NCBI RefSeq assembly: GCF_963921235.1
Contig: NC_086097.1
Coordinates: forward strand, 137,642,001-137,702,000
Reading direction: 5' to 3'
Length of the DNA stretch: 60,000 nucleotides
Origin: Mobula hypostoma
Lineage: Eukaryota
Position 1 is the stretch's first letter. Each line of letters begins with the position of its first letter. Position numbers and translations under genes: made by a program. The notes beneath the pieces were generated by a model. The model was not told the origin of the DNA and did no database searches. It saw nothing but the letters and a program-made list of their open reading frames with translations. Of this stretch, positions 25,627 to 39,000 are shown piece after piece.

Positions 25627-28600
25627 CTGGTTTCCATTTGTTCATGTAATGACTATAAATGTACTTCAGATTGGTGAGTTTTTTTTTCACAAAGAATGCA
25701 ATGCTGTAACCCACCTTTGAGAAAGCTACTGTATATAAAATTCTGTAAAACCTTTTAACATTTTTATGCTGAATTATGGGAAAATTGTAAAGAAAAACTT
25801 CATTTGTCATCAAGTCACATTTCTATGCTATTTGCCATCTTCAGCTTTTCTTTACTCTGAGATGAATTTGCATTAGGTTCAGTGGATTAATTTCAGGTTG
25901 TCAAGGGACATGAATCAACAGCAGGTAAATATGGTTCAATTACAGATTAGCTGCGATCTAATTGAATGCAGAGCAGGCTTGACGGACTATGCATGTTAAT
26001 ATCACATGAAGTAAGCTAATTTCCAGTGGCATTTCCGAGTAGTCTCAGGTCTGGACTGCAACTGAGATGTAGAATATACTATCATTATGGGCTTGGGAGG
26101 GATGCACAGCGAGGAAGACAGAACTCAGCAGGGTTTCTGCCAACATTTGTAACAAATGAGGAAAGAGGCAGGGTTTTAAAATGAGAGCCAATTTGTTCCC
26201 ACAGTGGTAGTTAAGACCAGAGGTATAAGGAAATGTGAGCCAATGTGTTCTGAGATTATGCTGGATTCTTGGATTTGTTTTCAAGTTAGCAGGCATGGGC
26301 AATGTTTTTTGATGAGGAAATCAGGGTCACAAGTGTTTTCCTTTCATACCAATGTTATTAGTTGTTAGAGTAAGCTACAGCTTTTATTTATTTTAAGATT
26401 GGAAAGTTGGAAGCACAATGTTTTGCCCATACTAATTGCGTTTGGGGAGACCATTCAGCACCTAGTCCCTGTGCTAGCCTTATGAAAGAGCAATTGTATT
26501 CAGTGTTGTGAGTGCACTTTGTACTTGACTGTACCCTGTGATTCTCATCCTCAGCACCTCCCAGGTCCCTTTTGTAAAATTATTTATGAAATCTGCTTCT
26601 ACGACCTTTTTGAGCAGAGTATTATGAATTCTGTCAATTTCAAGTGGGGAAGCATTTTCATCTTTTGCTGGAAGTTTTATGATAACCTTAAACATATGAC
26701 CTGGTTATTAATTCACTTGCAAGAAAGGAAAACATCCTTTATGCATATTAAAATACCTCACCTCCCGAAAGTTTCTATTAGCTTATGTCCTAGTATAGTA
26801 AAGAGAACATTCCAAACTTTTGAAAACTTCCAATTCAGGTCTCTCATTCCTGTGTTGGTTTAAATTTAAACTTGTGTTGAAATAAATGTATTTCTTGAAT
26901 TTTCCACAATACTCCTTCCAGACCTAATGAACGACTTATCAAGTTCTCACATGATTTGTTTTCCAGAAGGTTGTGATGAGTCTCTCCTTCAACAGGTAGT
27001 TGTCTGCATCATAAAGTGCCTTCAGAGGGTTTATTGGTGGCGCTCGCAATGTATTGTTCACAAGAGAAGCATGGCCAACTCCCTTTCTAACATGAACTCA
27101 CTCGGCTTCACATCGATCAGGAGCTTATTGAATTCATTTCCATGTCGCGGAATTTGATCCCACAGCACCATGACCAATGTGTAACAATACCTGGATTGCA
27201 TTAGGATAATTCCACCATCAGCTGCAACCTGGGACTTGTCGGGTTGAATGTGTACATTGACAGCAGAAGTATCATTTCAATAAGAGACCAAAATAATGTG
27301 TAGTTCTGTGGAGGCTCGTACTTGGAAAGTGCAGTTCCTGCCACTTAGTTTTTCTGCATCCGGTGATCAGTAGACTAACAGGAGGGCAAGGAAAAGTCTT
27401 TACAAACAGTTAGGTTTTCCTAAAAATACAATTGGTTCTGGATTTGATATGTATATTCATTCTTTCTTTTCTGCTTCTGGGCTAGATAGCCTTCAGAAGA
27501 TTAGAATCTCCTGTCCTAGTATATAACATGGATTCTAGTTAATTGGCCATTGGTTAATCAGGGCAGCTGCTTATTTGGATCTTTTTAATGCTTTAATAGT
27601 TCATGAAGCTTCTTAAGCTTTCACTCTTCTGGAGAGCTACTTTGTGGAATTTGAATTTTATTAAAGACTAGTCTCTTACAATGACCATTGTGTTCTAAGG
27701 CTGGTACCAAGAGCAGGATTCAGCTAATAATCAGAATAATAGATGAATACCTAGAGGTCTCAGAAGGGTGTTTGTGGCACTGTTTAACAGGATACGATGG
27801 GTAAGCGCTTTCAGCAAATCACGTGAAAGCAGAATAACTGAGAGCTGTTGGAAGTGAAAATGAATCTCCCCATCTCAGTACAAGTTTCCTGGTCTCGTAC
27901 TGTAGATGTATAGATTGAGAGGTGCTAAGTAGATTGAGAATCCTTGTTGTCATGAGCTGGCCACCTGTGTCTGGATACAGTGGACCAGGAGGTTTAAAAA
28001 AAAGTCCAAGAAGAAATTTTTTTTCTTTTTTCCTCAGCCCTCTTATGGCTGCCAAAATCTGTCACCTTCCAGTAATAACTGACCCTTATAAACTCCTAGT
28101 TATGCACGACTAAGGAGTGACTCCTCACTTCCCGCATAACAATACCACTGACTTTCTGTCTCTTAGACTGCTCTCAGATCATCTCAAACATTAGGTATCC
28201 CTGATGAAGAATTTTCAAATGTTAGCCTGTCTTGAAATAAGCAATGCCACCATGTAGATTAGAATGATTTCCTCTAGAAGTTTCCTACAAAATGATAGAA
28301 CCCCTGAAATATGGACAAGAAAATGAATTTTAAAATCTTCTGTACGGCTTGGGGTATTATATGTATTCTTATTATCACGTGACTACCTTATAAATATTTG
28401 AAAAAAAATCTGCCTCTTTTTAAGTGTGAATACTTTAAGACTGAAAAATGGAAATTATATTTAGATACGTCTAAAAATTTGTAGACTTATCTAAGGAGGA
28501 TTCCTGTGGAAACACGTCAAACAGTACCAATCTGCAACGTGATGGTAAATTTCTACAACTCTTTGGGTTTTGTTTTATACCTAAAGCTTAATGCTGAGAT

Positions 28601-31600
28601 GAAAGAGTGTAAATGGAAATTTCTATATTGGGGAGTGGTGAAGATGTCTGAAGGTTGGGGGGAGAGTGGAAAGCAAAAAAAATGTTATAAATTTTATTAC
28701 AGCTTAATCTGCAAATATATTACATGCCAGTTAATTCAGAAGGAATCTATGTCACCTGTCAGTTATGGCCACTAATATTCTCATCCAGTATGCAATAAAC
28801 TCATAATCTAATTTGTACTTTTTATGTATTTCAGAATTAAGGAAGCTTTGAGTTTTGAGTAAAAAACATGACTTGGAAGAGGACTCTCAAATGAAGACAG
28901 TAGTAAGTGAAAGTTCAATGTAAATTTATTATCAAAGTACATGTATGTCACCAATGAAAAGAGACTCATTTTCTTGCGGGCATACTCCACAAATCTATAA
29001 AATAATAACCATATCAGAATCAATGAAAGGCCGTTCAACAAATGCAGAAGACAACAAACTGTGCAAATGCAAAAAGAAGAAACAATGATATAAATAAATA
29101 AACAATAAATATTGTGCGCATGAGATGAAGAGTCCTTGAAAGTGAGTCCATGGGTCATGGGAACATTTCAATGATGGGGCAGGTGACGTTGAGTGAAGTT
29201 ATCCCATTTGGTTCAAGAGCCTGATGGTTGAGGGGTAGGAGAGCTAACTGAATCTGGACACAAGCAGAATGGTACCATGCAGAATGATCACGTTGTCTGT
29301 GTTTAAATTAGTTCTTTTGTGTCTGCTCTGTTCTTTTCAGTAAATGCATATTTTTTGGAAAAAAAACCCAGAATTTTCAAATGTATTTGCAATTTTTCCA
29401 GTTGGTTGTTGTTGACCGCTCTCTACCACTTGACCCACCATTGAATTAAGTGGCGAACTATGATTCCTCCTGTGGGTTGCCAGGTCTGAAGTTGCCATTT
29501 GTTTTGAGAGCGGGCTCCAGGAATGCAACACAAATGATTGCCCATTTAACATGTTGAAATGTTGCCTTAGAATAAAAAAATCCACTAAAGACAAAGTAGA
29601 AAGTAACAGAGACACCCTAGCCAACATGACTCTAGGTGCTGATATTGTATCCTCATGAAATTTGTGTTGTGACATCCTGAATATCAATAGGATTTTGCTC
29701 TACCCATTTTAATTGAAAAGGAAGAAGCATCACTGTCTCAGGTAATATAACTTTAAAACTGGGGTGGGCTTTGAAACATCACAAACATATTGCCTGTGTC
29801 GAGCTGGTCATTCCAAGTGTGCTATCAGTCATGGTTTGGTGGGAGCATCCTTACCCTCATGACTTTATTCTTTACAATGACATGTTTAAAATCAAATTCA
29901 AACTCTCTTTTATTTGTAGATTGATTCAGGTACTGCATTTGTTTCTGAGATGGTTGAACAGCAGGATAGCAAAGAGACTGAAACAAGGTTTGTAAGTGAA
30001 ATTACTGAGTGTTTATAAAGAACTCTTATTTCTTGAATGCAGTTGCACTCTCTCAGACTCCCCTTTTTCAGAGATACTGTGGTCATGCTAAAGTATTTCA
30101 GAAATCCTAACTGATTCAGAATGTAAGAACTAATGTACTGCTGTAAGATAGTTTCCCTTCTTTCTAATTACTCTTCTCTTGGCTCCTTCCAATTTGGTAA
30201 TCCAATGATTTCTGCTTTACTTTTGTATCCATATCATTAAATATTCATGTCACAATATAACTGCATACTCCCATTTACAAGGCTTAAAGCTTTATGCTGA
30301 TGCTGTATCACCAATTGTCAAATGCACGATCATTTACTTCTGAAGATTTTGGATACTTGACTATGGCCATCTGAGCCTGTCCTTTATTATTACTTTGTAG
30401 ATTGTAATAAATGGGGTGAAGCCCATTTGTAGTTAACTCTTACTACATATTTCCATTGCCTGAATATCTCTCAGAATTGCAGACAATGTTATAACTGTGA
30501 AAGGCTAGTGATGAAACAACACTCAATACAACTCAGTTTTACTTCTTGAGATTTCAACTCATTTCTTCTGGTTAACCAGTCCAAAATCCTAATAGCTTTT
30601 TGTTCTGCAAGTTTGTTGTTTGATGCCTGCAGTGATCTGTTTTGATCTAGAATGCTGAAAGGTAGTAAAAGCAAAATTAAATACTAACTTCCAGATGTGA
30701 AATGGGTAATATATATTTATAAAACAGGGAAGGGATTGCAAGCCTGTTGGAAAGTGCAAGTGAGTGGGGCTAGTTGGACAATTCTTTCAAAGAGCCAGCA
30801 CTGGCCAAATAGGTTTCATGATTCTCTGCTGTCTTGCTTCTGAACTGATGGATTCAACACCTGATCTGCCAACAGCCCATGTCCCTCTGCTGCAGTATTG
30901 CCTCCCTGTCACAAACTCTCCCAGTCTTGTAATGCTGAAATTTGTAAATGATTACAGTGATAATGTATCTGAGTAGGATCATTTTCTTCAGTCAGAGCCT
31001 TTGACAGAGGCTTGAGCTCCTAAGATGAAAAATAGCAACACTTTTGACTTGTACTATCAGAGATGCCACCTTTGGAATAAAATTTTATATCAACCCTTTC
31101 CCTCATGAGTTTCCTACAGGGAACAGGAGCATACATGTTGTCCTGTGACCACCTGACTTTCTTCCCATAACACAAAGGCGCGCACGTTAGTTGGCCACTG
31201 TAAATGCCCCTAATGTGTAGAATCTGGATAGAATTGAGTGGAAGATGTGGAGAATAAAATCGATGCTAGATGGTCAGTACAGACCTGCTTCCTTGCTGTA
31301 TGATTCTAGCAAGGACTCGCGCACAGAGGCACATTCTTGGATTTAGCATGAGGTCACTTTTCAAAATGTGGGTGCAAGAAAGGCAAAGCAGCTAGTTTAT
31401 GTGTGGGTCAATAAATCGGTGCTTTACCTGCTGATGCGAGTGGGTATAAAGCTATTGAACGTCGTTATTCAATGTTCAGGTATCAGAACCGTCCCAGCCA
31501 TCACATTGAACAGCAGAAGCAGATTAATTGTCATTTATCACATTTACTTTCTGTGTCATTTTGTTCAGTATGAGACTGTTCAAAGATATAACAATAAAGA

Positions 31601-32265
31601 AGAAATATATTGGCTGTAAATTGTATGACTGGAATTGAAAAAAGTTGTACTTTTGAAGCACCATGTGCAGTCTCAGGATGACCCAGCTTGCTTTACAGAC
31701 AATGAAGTTCTTTTTCAGTGTGGTCACAAATGGAATATGGATGAACAGAATAATCTTTAAAATTAACCTTGACAGCATTAGTCTTTCTAATTAATGAGTT
31801 CCTTGGTAGCTCGTTAATTATTAATAATCTGTGCTCAATGCAGCATAGAATAATAATATTTTTATTGTATTGTTTAATGAAAGCTCTGTGCTTTGAATAT
31901 AAGTAGGTAAAGATTTGTCAGATTTGTTTGCTATTAAAAAACACTTAATTACAGAGTAGGAATCTGGATTGTGCATGTGATTTCATGCTCTAGTATCCTT
32001 CTTTCTCCTTGCCTGTCTACCAAATAAAATAAAATGGTCTCAAATTATTTGCATTAATAATTTGATGCACATTGTTCTTTCAGTATCAACAGCTCTGAGT
32101 ATTATTGTATATGTGAACCTAAATTGGAAGATGATTCTCCTCTGAAATCACTTGGTTCAGAATCTTCAATTAGGAAGTGAGCATTGAGAAATAGCGTACG
32201 CCCATTGAGGATTTATCCAAGTTTGTATTTCATGATTGATCTTGGTGCTTTGTAGTAAATTGTGT

Positions 32266-33263
32266 TGTCACATACCCCGTGATGGGAATAAAGAACCAGT
32301 AGAGATAGAAAACACTTTGGAGTCCAGTATTGCTATTAACTAATAATATTTATTAGTAACTACACAATACAGTAATATAAATGTAGATAAATCAAACAGG
32401 TTAGCAATGATTACATATATAAGTAAGTAAATCAATAAGTGTGGAAATATATGTGAAAAACCAAGCTTCTTCAAGTCTAGGGGTAAAAAGTTACAGTCTT
32501 ATGATGATGAGTAAAGTTCAGTTCAGTTCGTGGTATTGAGTTGAGTAGCGACGGAGAGAGAGAGAGAGAGAGAGAGGGAGATTTGAGTCTTCAAGTGAGC
32601 TGACACCGTCGATCTTCTTGTTGTCCTCTGAAATCCTTTAAAAGTCACTGACTGTGACCACAACAAAGGGGACCAGTTTTCTATGCTGGAGCTATCACCC
32701 AGGCAAGGGTGAACACATGATCAACTCCCCACCGGTCACTGGCTTTTCTTTTCACTGCAAGAGCGACTGATCGATCTGCCTGATCGATCCTCCAAAATTC
32801 CACTTTTTCTGGGGGCACAACAAAGCTCATTCAGTGTCCAAAACATGTGTCTGAGGTCTATATCATCTAACCTCTGATTTATCCTGCCGTACTGGGTATC
32901 AACTGTCACTCAAATAACTCCTCCTTCCTCTCTCTGTGTAAGAAATGCACAAGCAAGTGAATGTCCTTGGGAAGTATCAACACACTGCCGAAAAAAATCA
33001 TAACATCAATTGTCCATTAAATAATGCCGCCTTCGGTCACCATAGCAACTTACGAGCTGCTCGGTGCCATCTCCAACTCAGCAGAAATCCAAAAGTTAGC
33101 CAGTTCTTTCTCATGCCTTAAAGTGACAGTCCAACAGTTAGTCTTCGTCTCGCTCTCTCTCTTTCTCTCTCTCTCTCTTCAAAACAAGATATTGGTGGTA
33201 AATAACTCTCTCTCTCTCTTTTCAAAAGCACAGTTCATCGGGGTAATTCAGGACCCCATCACA
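32266..33263. mobile_element. Solo LTR (998 bp)
   Basis: TGTCAC...ATCACA termini with 4-bp TSD GTGT (32262-32265 and 33264-33267); internal GA/CT repeats; no ORF. Confidence 0.88.
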
Positions 33264-33579
33264 GTGTGAATGCCAGTGTTGTGTCTTTGCATTTCTGTAA
33301 GTAAGCGAGTACATCCTTCAGATCAAATGTTTTTGTTTGGGAAAGCTAAGCTGCTCAGCTATAAACAAAATGTTCAGTTGGTCAGTCAGTATGTGCGAAG
33401 AAAGAGAGAATGTTAGTGATTTGTGGTCAGTGATTTTTTTTTACAGTAAGATCTATTAACTGTTACTTTTCCTCTACTGGTTGTGCTTGATCCACTGGGT
33501 ATTTCAAAGATTCCAGTTCAGATTTCAGATTTCTACCTGGTACTTTCCACTGAATCCCACCTGTTTTGCCCAATAGGTA

Positions 33580-35691
33580 CAGTGCCTATAAAAGGTATAA
33601 CTCCCCCCCCCCCCACCCAGAAGCTTTCATGTTTTATTGTTTTACAACATTGGATTTAATTTGACACTGATCAACAGAAAAAGACTCTTGGGTCAAAGTG
33701 AAAACAGATCTCTACAAAGTGATCGAAATTAATTACAAATATAGAACACAAAATAATTGATTACTTAAGTATTCACCCCCCCCCCCACCGCCGCTTTCAT
33801 ATGACACACCAAATCATCACTGGTTCAGTCAATTGGTTTTAGAAGTCACGTAATTGGTTAAATGGAGATCACCTGCGGCAGTCAAGGTGTTTCAATTGAT
33901 TGTAGTAAAAATACACCTGTATCTGGAAGGTCCACCTGCTGGTGAGTCAGTATCCTGACAAAATCTGCACCATGAAAACTAAAGAACACTCCAAGCAATT
34001 CTGTGAAAAGGTTATTAAAAAGCACAAGTCAAGAGCTGAATACAAGAAAATTTCCAAGTCACTGAATATTCCTTTGGAGTAGAGTTAAGTCAATTGCCTC
34101 ACTATTCGAAGGATGTGGAAACCATAGAAAGGGTGCAGAGGAGATTTACAAGCATGTTGCCTGGATTGGGGAGCATGCCTTATGAGAATAGGTTGAGTGA
34201 ACTCGGACTTTTCTCCTTGGAGTGACGGAGGATGAGAGGTGACCTGACAGAGGTGTGTAAGATAATGAGAGTCATTGATTGTGTGGATAGTCAAAGGCTT
34301 TTCCCCAGGGCTGAAATGGCTAACACGAGAGGACATAGTTTTAAGGTGCGTGGAAGTAGGTACAGAGGAGATGTCAGGGGTAAGTTTTCTATGCAGAGAG
34401 CGGTGAGTGTGTGGAATGGGCTGCTGGTGGCGGTGGTGGAGGCGGAAACGATAGGGTCTTTTAAGAGACTCCTGGATGGCTACATGGAGCTTAGAAAAAT
34501 AGAGGGCTATGGGTAAAGCCTAGATAGTTCTAAGGTAGGGACATGTTCGGCACAGCTTTGTGGGCTGAAGGGTCTGTATTGTGCTGTATGTTCTCTATGT
34601 TCTAATCATCAAGAAATGGAAAGAATATGTCACAGCTGTAAATCTGCGTCGAGCAAGCCGTCCTCGAAAACTGAGTGACTGTGCAAGAAGGGGACTAGTG
34701 AGGGAGGCCACCGAGAGACCTCCCTCACTAGAGACAACTCTGGAGGAGTTACAAGCTTCAGTGGCTGAGATGGGAGAGACTGTGCATACAACAACTGTTG
34801 GCTGGGTATTTCACCAGTCACAGCTTTGTGGGAGAATGACAGAGAGAAAGCCACTGCTGAAAAGAAAACTCACATTCAAGCTCAGCTAGACTTTGCTAGA
34901 AGGCATGTGGGAGACTCTGAAGTCAGCTGGAAAGAGGTCCTATGGTCTGATGAAATGAAAATTGGGCTTTTGGGCCATCAGACTAAATGCTATGTTTGGC
35001 GTTACCCAAACACTGCACATCATCAAAAACACACCATCCCTACCATGAAGCATGGTGGTGGGTGCATCATGCTGTGGGGATGCTTCACTGCAGCAGGCCC
35101 TGGAAGGCTTGTGAAGGTAGAGGGTGAAATGAATGCAGCAAAATACAGGGAAATCCTGGAGGAAAACCTGATGCAGTCTGCAAGAGAACTGCCACTTGGA
35201 AGTTTTGCTTTCAAGCAAGACAATGACTACAAGCATAAAGCCAAAGCTACACAGGAACGGTTTAAAGACAAAGTTACTATCCTGGAGTGGCCAAGTTAGA
35301 GTCCAGACCTCAATCCAATTCAGAATTTGTCGCTGGACTTGAAAAGGGTTGTTCACTCACAATCACCATGCAATCTGACAGAGCTGGAGCAGTTTTATAA
35401 AGAAGAATGGGGGAAAATTTCAGTGCCCAGATGTGCAAAGCTGATAGAGACCTATCAACATGGGGGTGAACACTTATGCAATCAATTACTTTGTGTTTTA
35501 TATTTGTAATTAATTTAGATCACTTTATAGAGATCTGTTTTCACTTTGACACAAAAGTCTTTTTCTGTTGATCTGTGTTAGTAAAGCCAAATTAAATCTA
35601 CTGCGATTCAATATTGTAAAGCAATAAAACATGAAACCTTTGTGAGTGTGTGGGGGGGGGAGGTGGTGGTGAATACTTTTTATAGGCACTG
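33580..35691 (+). mobile_element. Tc1 DNA transposon with dead transposase
   Basis: TIRs cagtgcctataaaa extending about 200 bp; TA on the left. ATG at 33972; WSDEMKI, KHGGGCIMLWGCF, QDND, SPDLNPI motifs; frameshifts and a nested LINE. Confidence 0.93.
34095..34603 (+). mobile_element. CR1 3' fragment inserted in the Tc1 transposase
   Basis: RGDLTEVCKIM...TRGHSFK...; tctatgt tail; transposase reading continues on both sides. Confidence 0.9.
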
Positions 35692-36009
35692 GATATTTAT
35701 TATTTAAAAGATACTCTGAATTTAGAAGAATGGTGGCTTGCATTTAAAAATATACATTTAACAATGAAAAGCTCTCCTATTTCTTTCCTGAACTTAACAG
35801 GATTGGCCCATGGGTCACACTTCTTGATCCACAACCATTTGGAGCCTTGCTCAGCAGCCTGATGGTGATAGTGCTGATGGCTGTTTTCTTTGCAGCCCCT
35901 GTAATGCCAAGGAAAGAGTAGGTTCTGCACAGCGAGTGGACAGTAAAACCTCTATATCCCACCTCAAAGGGGTCATATCATGCTCTCCATCTCTGTCGCT
36001 GGCATATAT

Positions 36010-39000
36010 AGTTTTAAAAGAAAAGCTAGGGCAAATGTACGTAGATGGATGAATCTATAATTGTGGAATAAGAAACCAGCAGAGGAATTAAATCAACTAC
36101 TTTGTCTTCGCAGAAAAGGCATAAAACCTGCCAGAAATATTTGAGATGTAAGGGTCTTGCCAGAATGTGGAATTGGAGGAATAGATATTAATTAAAAAAA
36201 ATTACAACTGAAGAAGTTGAAAGACTAAAAGTTGATAGATCCCAAGGACTAAGTATTTAATATTCCAGGGTTTTGAAAGTGGTGACTGTAGAAATGGAGA
36301 ATGCTCTGATTATATCTTCTGCAAAATACAGATTCATAAATTATGTCTGTGGAGTAGAGAAAAACGAATGTCACAGCGCTGCTTAAAATGGAAAAAGGAG
36401 AGAAAAACGGATCTGTTAAGCCAACATCAATAGAAGGGAAAGCAGAATGAAATATAATGAATGGGATTCATAAAAGAGCACCTTGAACAGAATAATGGGA
36501 TTTCGTAAGATCAGCATGGATAATTGAAGGAAATTGAACTATTGCAGTTCTTTGAAGAAGTGGTTAGTAGAATAGGTCAGTGGATATGATGTGTTTGAGT
36601 TTTAGAAGGCTTTTGATACAATTGCACACGGAAGGTTGGTCGGTCAGGTTAGAGCACACCAGTTTGGAGAAGGTATAATATATAGAAGCAAAATGAGACC
36701 ATGTGGCCCTCTAAATCTGCTCTGTCATTCAGTCATGGCTGATTTATATTCTCTCTCTTCCCAATTCTCTTGCCTTTTCCCCTTAACCTCTGATGCCCTT
36801 ACTAATCAAGAACCTATCAACCTCCGCTTTAAGTATGCCCAAAGACTTGCCCTCCACAGTCACCTGTGGCAATGAGTTCCACAAATTCACCACCCTCTGG
36901 CTAAAGAAATACCTCCTCATCTCTGTTGTAAAGGGACATCCTTTTATTCTCAGGCTGTGCCCTCAGGTCATAGACTCCATCACTATTGGAAACATCCTCT
37001 CCACATCACTCTATCTCGGCCTTTCAATATTTAATAGGTATGCTAATATAGGGCTGGCAGGGCAGAGATATGCCTCTACCAAAGGAGGTTAATGCTCTCT
37101 TTCCCTCCGTTAACCTTGGGCAAGGTGTAGCACCTGCTTAGCTCCCCGAGGGTGACGTGACGTCATGGGAACAGGTAGTGGATGGTCGTGTGAGCACCTG
37201 GTGCATATCACCAGTCCTGGTTATGTGACCACTGATGCCAGCTAAGAATCTCTGAAGAGTATTGATAATAGCTGGGGTCACCTGTCTTGTAAAGACACTG
37301 CCCAGAAGAAGGCAATGGCAAACCGATCTCTACACAAAATTGCTAAGAACACCCACAATCGCCCATATCAAATCGACATGGAACATAATGATGATTGAGC
37401 AAGCGGATCTTTGTGGGGATTAATGAATCTTTCTTTGGCTAGTGGGGTTTAGTTATGATGTGGTTGGGAGAACCAAATGGTATATTTCAAGTTGCCTGAT
37501 AATACAATTCTAGGTTGGATTGTGAGCTGTGAGGGTGATGTAAAGCTAAGTGAAATGGTAGACATATGGCTGCTGGAATGTAATGTGGACAAATGTGACG
37601 CTTTCTGCTTGTTGCACAAAACTGAAAAAGTGTACTTTTTAAATGGTGAAAAATTAGGTAATGTTTTAATGTTGAAAGGGATCCAGGCGTCCTTATACAC
37701 AGAAAATATTTATCTTTCTTACAACTCCATTTGAATCCAATACCAAAACCACTGTCTTCAACATAAATAAGGGCAATTATGATGGTATGAAGGTGGACTG
37801 TGAAAATATGATGTCAGTAGATGAACAGAGGCAAATAGACAGCAGCTCCATCACACCTAACGGCAATTTATCCCAATTAGAAAGAGACATTCTATGAGAA
37901 AGACCATCAGACCATAAGGCATAGGAGCAGAATTAGACCATTTGACCCATCGGGTCTATTCCAATGATCCATTTTTCCCTCAACCTCTGTCTCTTGCCGT
38001 CTCCCCATATCTCTTCATGCTCTGACCAATCAAGAATCTATCAACCTCTGCCTTAAATATACATACAGACTTGGCTTCCACAGCTGCCTGTGGCAAAGAA
38101 TTCTCTGGATAAAGAAATTCCTCCTTTAGCAAAGGGGCATAATCTGGTTAATAAAGGAGGACTGGGAAGTTTGTAGGATCCAGTGGTGAAACACTTAAGC
38201 TCATAAGAAAGGAGAAAATCTATTTTGAGAAAAAACTGGCATATAATAGCAAAACAAAAATTGATAGTTTCTATTGATGAATAAATAGTGATGAGGTGGC
38301 TGAGGTAGGCTTGGGACCTTTACTGAACAGGGCTGGTGAATTAATACCAACTTCATGGTAGAAGTGATCCTCCAGTAATGAAATAAAGTGGTTAAATATA
38401 GTATTAGATTAAAAGAAGTTGTTTATGATGATACCACCAAGTTCAGTAATGCATGACAATTGGAAGAGTTCTAATAAACCAACAGCAAGAGATCAAAGAA
38501 TGATAAAAAATTGACAATAGGATATTAAAGTAAGTTAAGCAGGAAATGGTAAGAAGATTATAAGAGTGACTACGGCTGATTGAGAAAGGAGAGTTACAAA
38601 GTTAGAGGAGTCAAATGGACTCGAGGACAGAGACCGAGCTCTACTGCTTAAATACTTGGCATCTGCCTTCAGACACAAACTCAGGCAAATTGCACTGGCT
38701 GCCGTTGATGTGTTTTATTGAAAGTCCTGTTTTGGTGCTACATTACTCTATCACTCTGTTTTAGGTCTTCCACTAGAAAGAGTAAGCATTCAGTGCTCTA
38801 ATAACATCATGGCATGGTGGCACTATGTTATTGCTGGGGTGCTCTCTGTGTGCCTTTGCACGGATTCCCCATGGCGGTGTGCGTACTTGCTAAATCCTCC
38901 GGTCCTCTCCCACGTTCCGAGGGTTGCCTCTTTATGGGTTATTGTCCATCAGTGGCATAAAAATCAAAGGGCATGTGAGAAGGCATAAGCCACAGGGGAA

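Noticed and set aside
25311..25813. His/Thr- and Cys/Val-rich ORFs
   Set aside because: They are translations of the (GT)n microsatellite.
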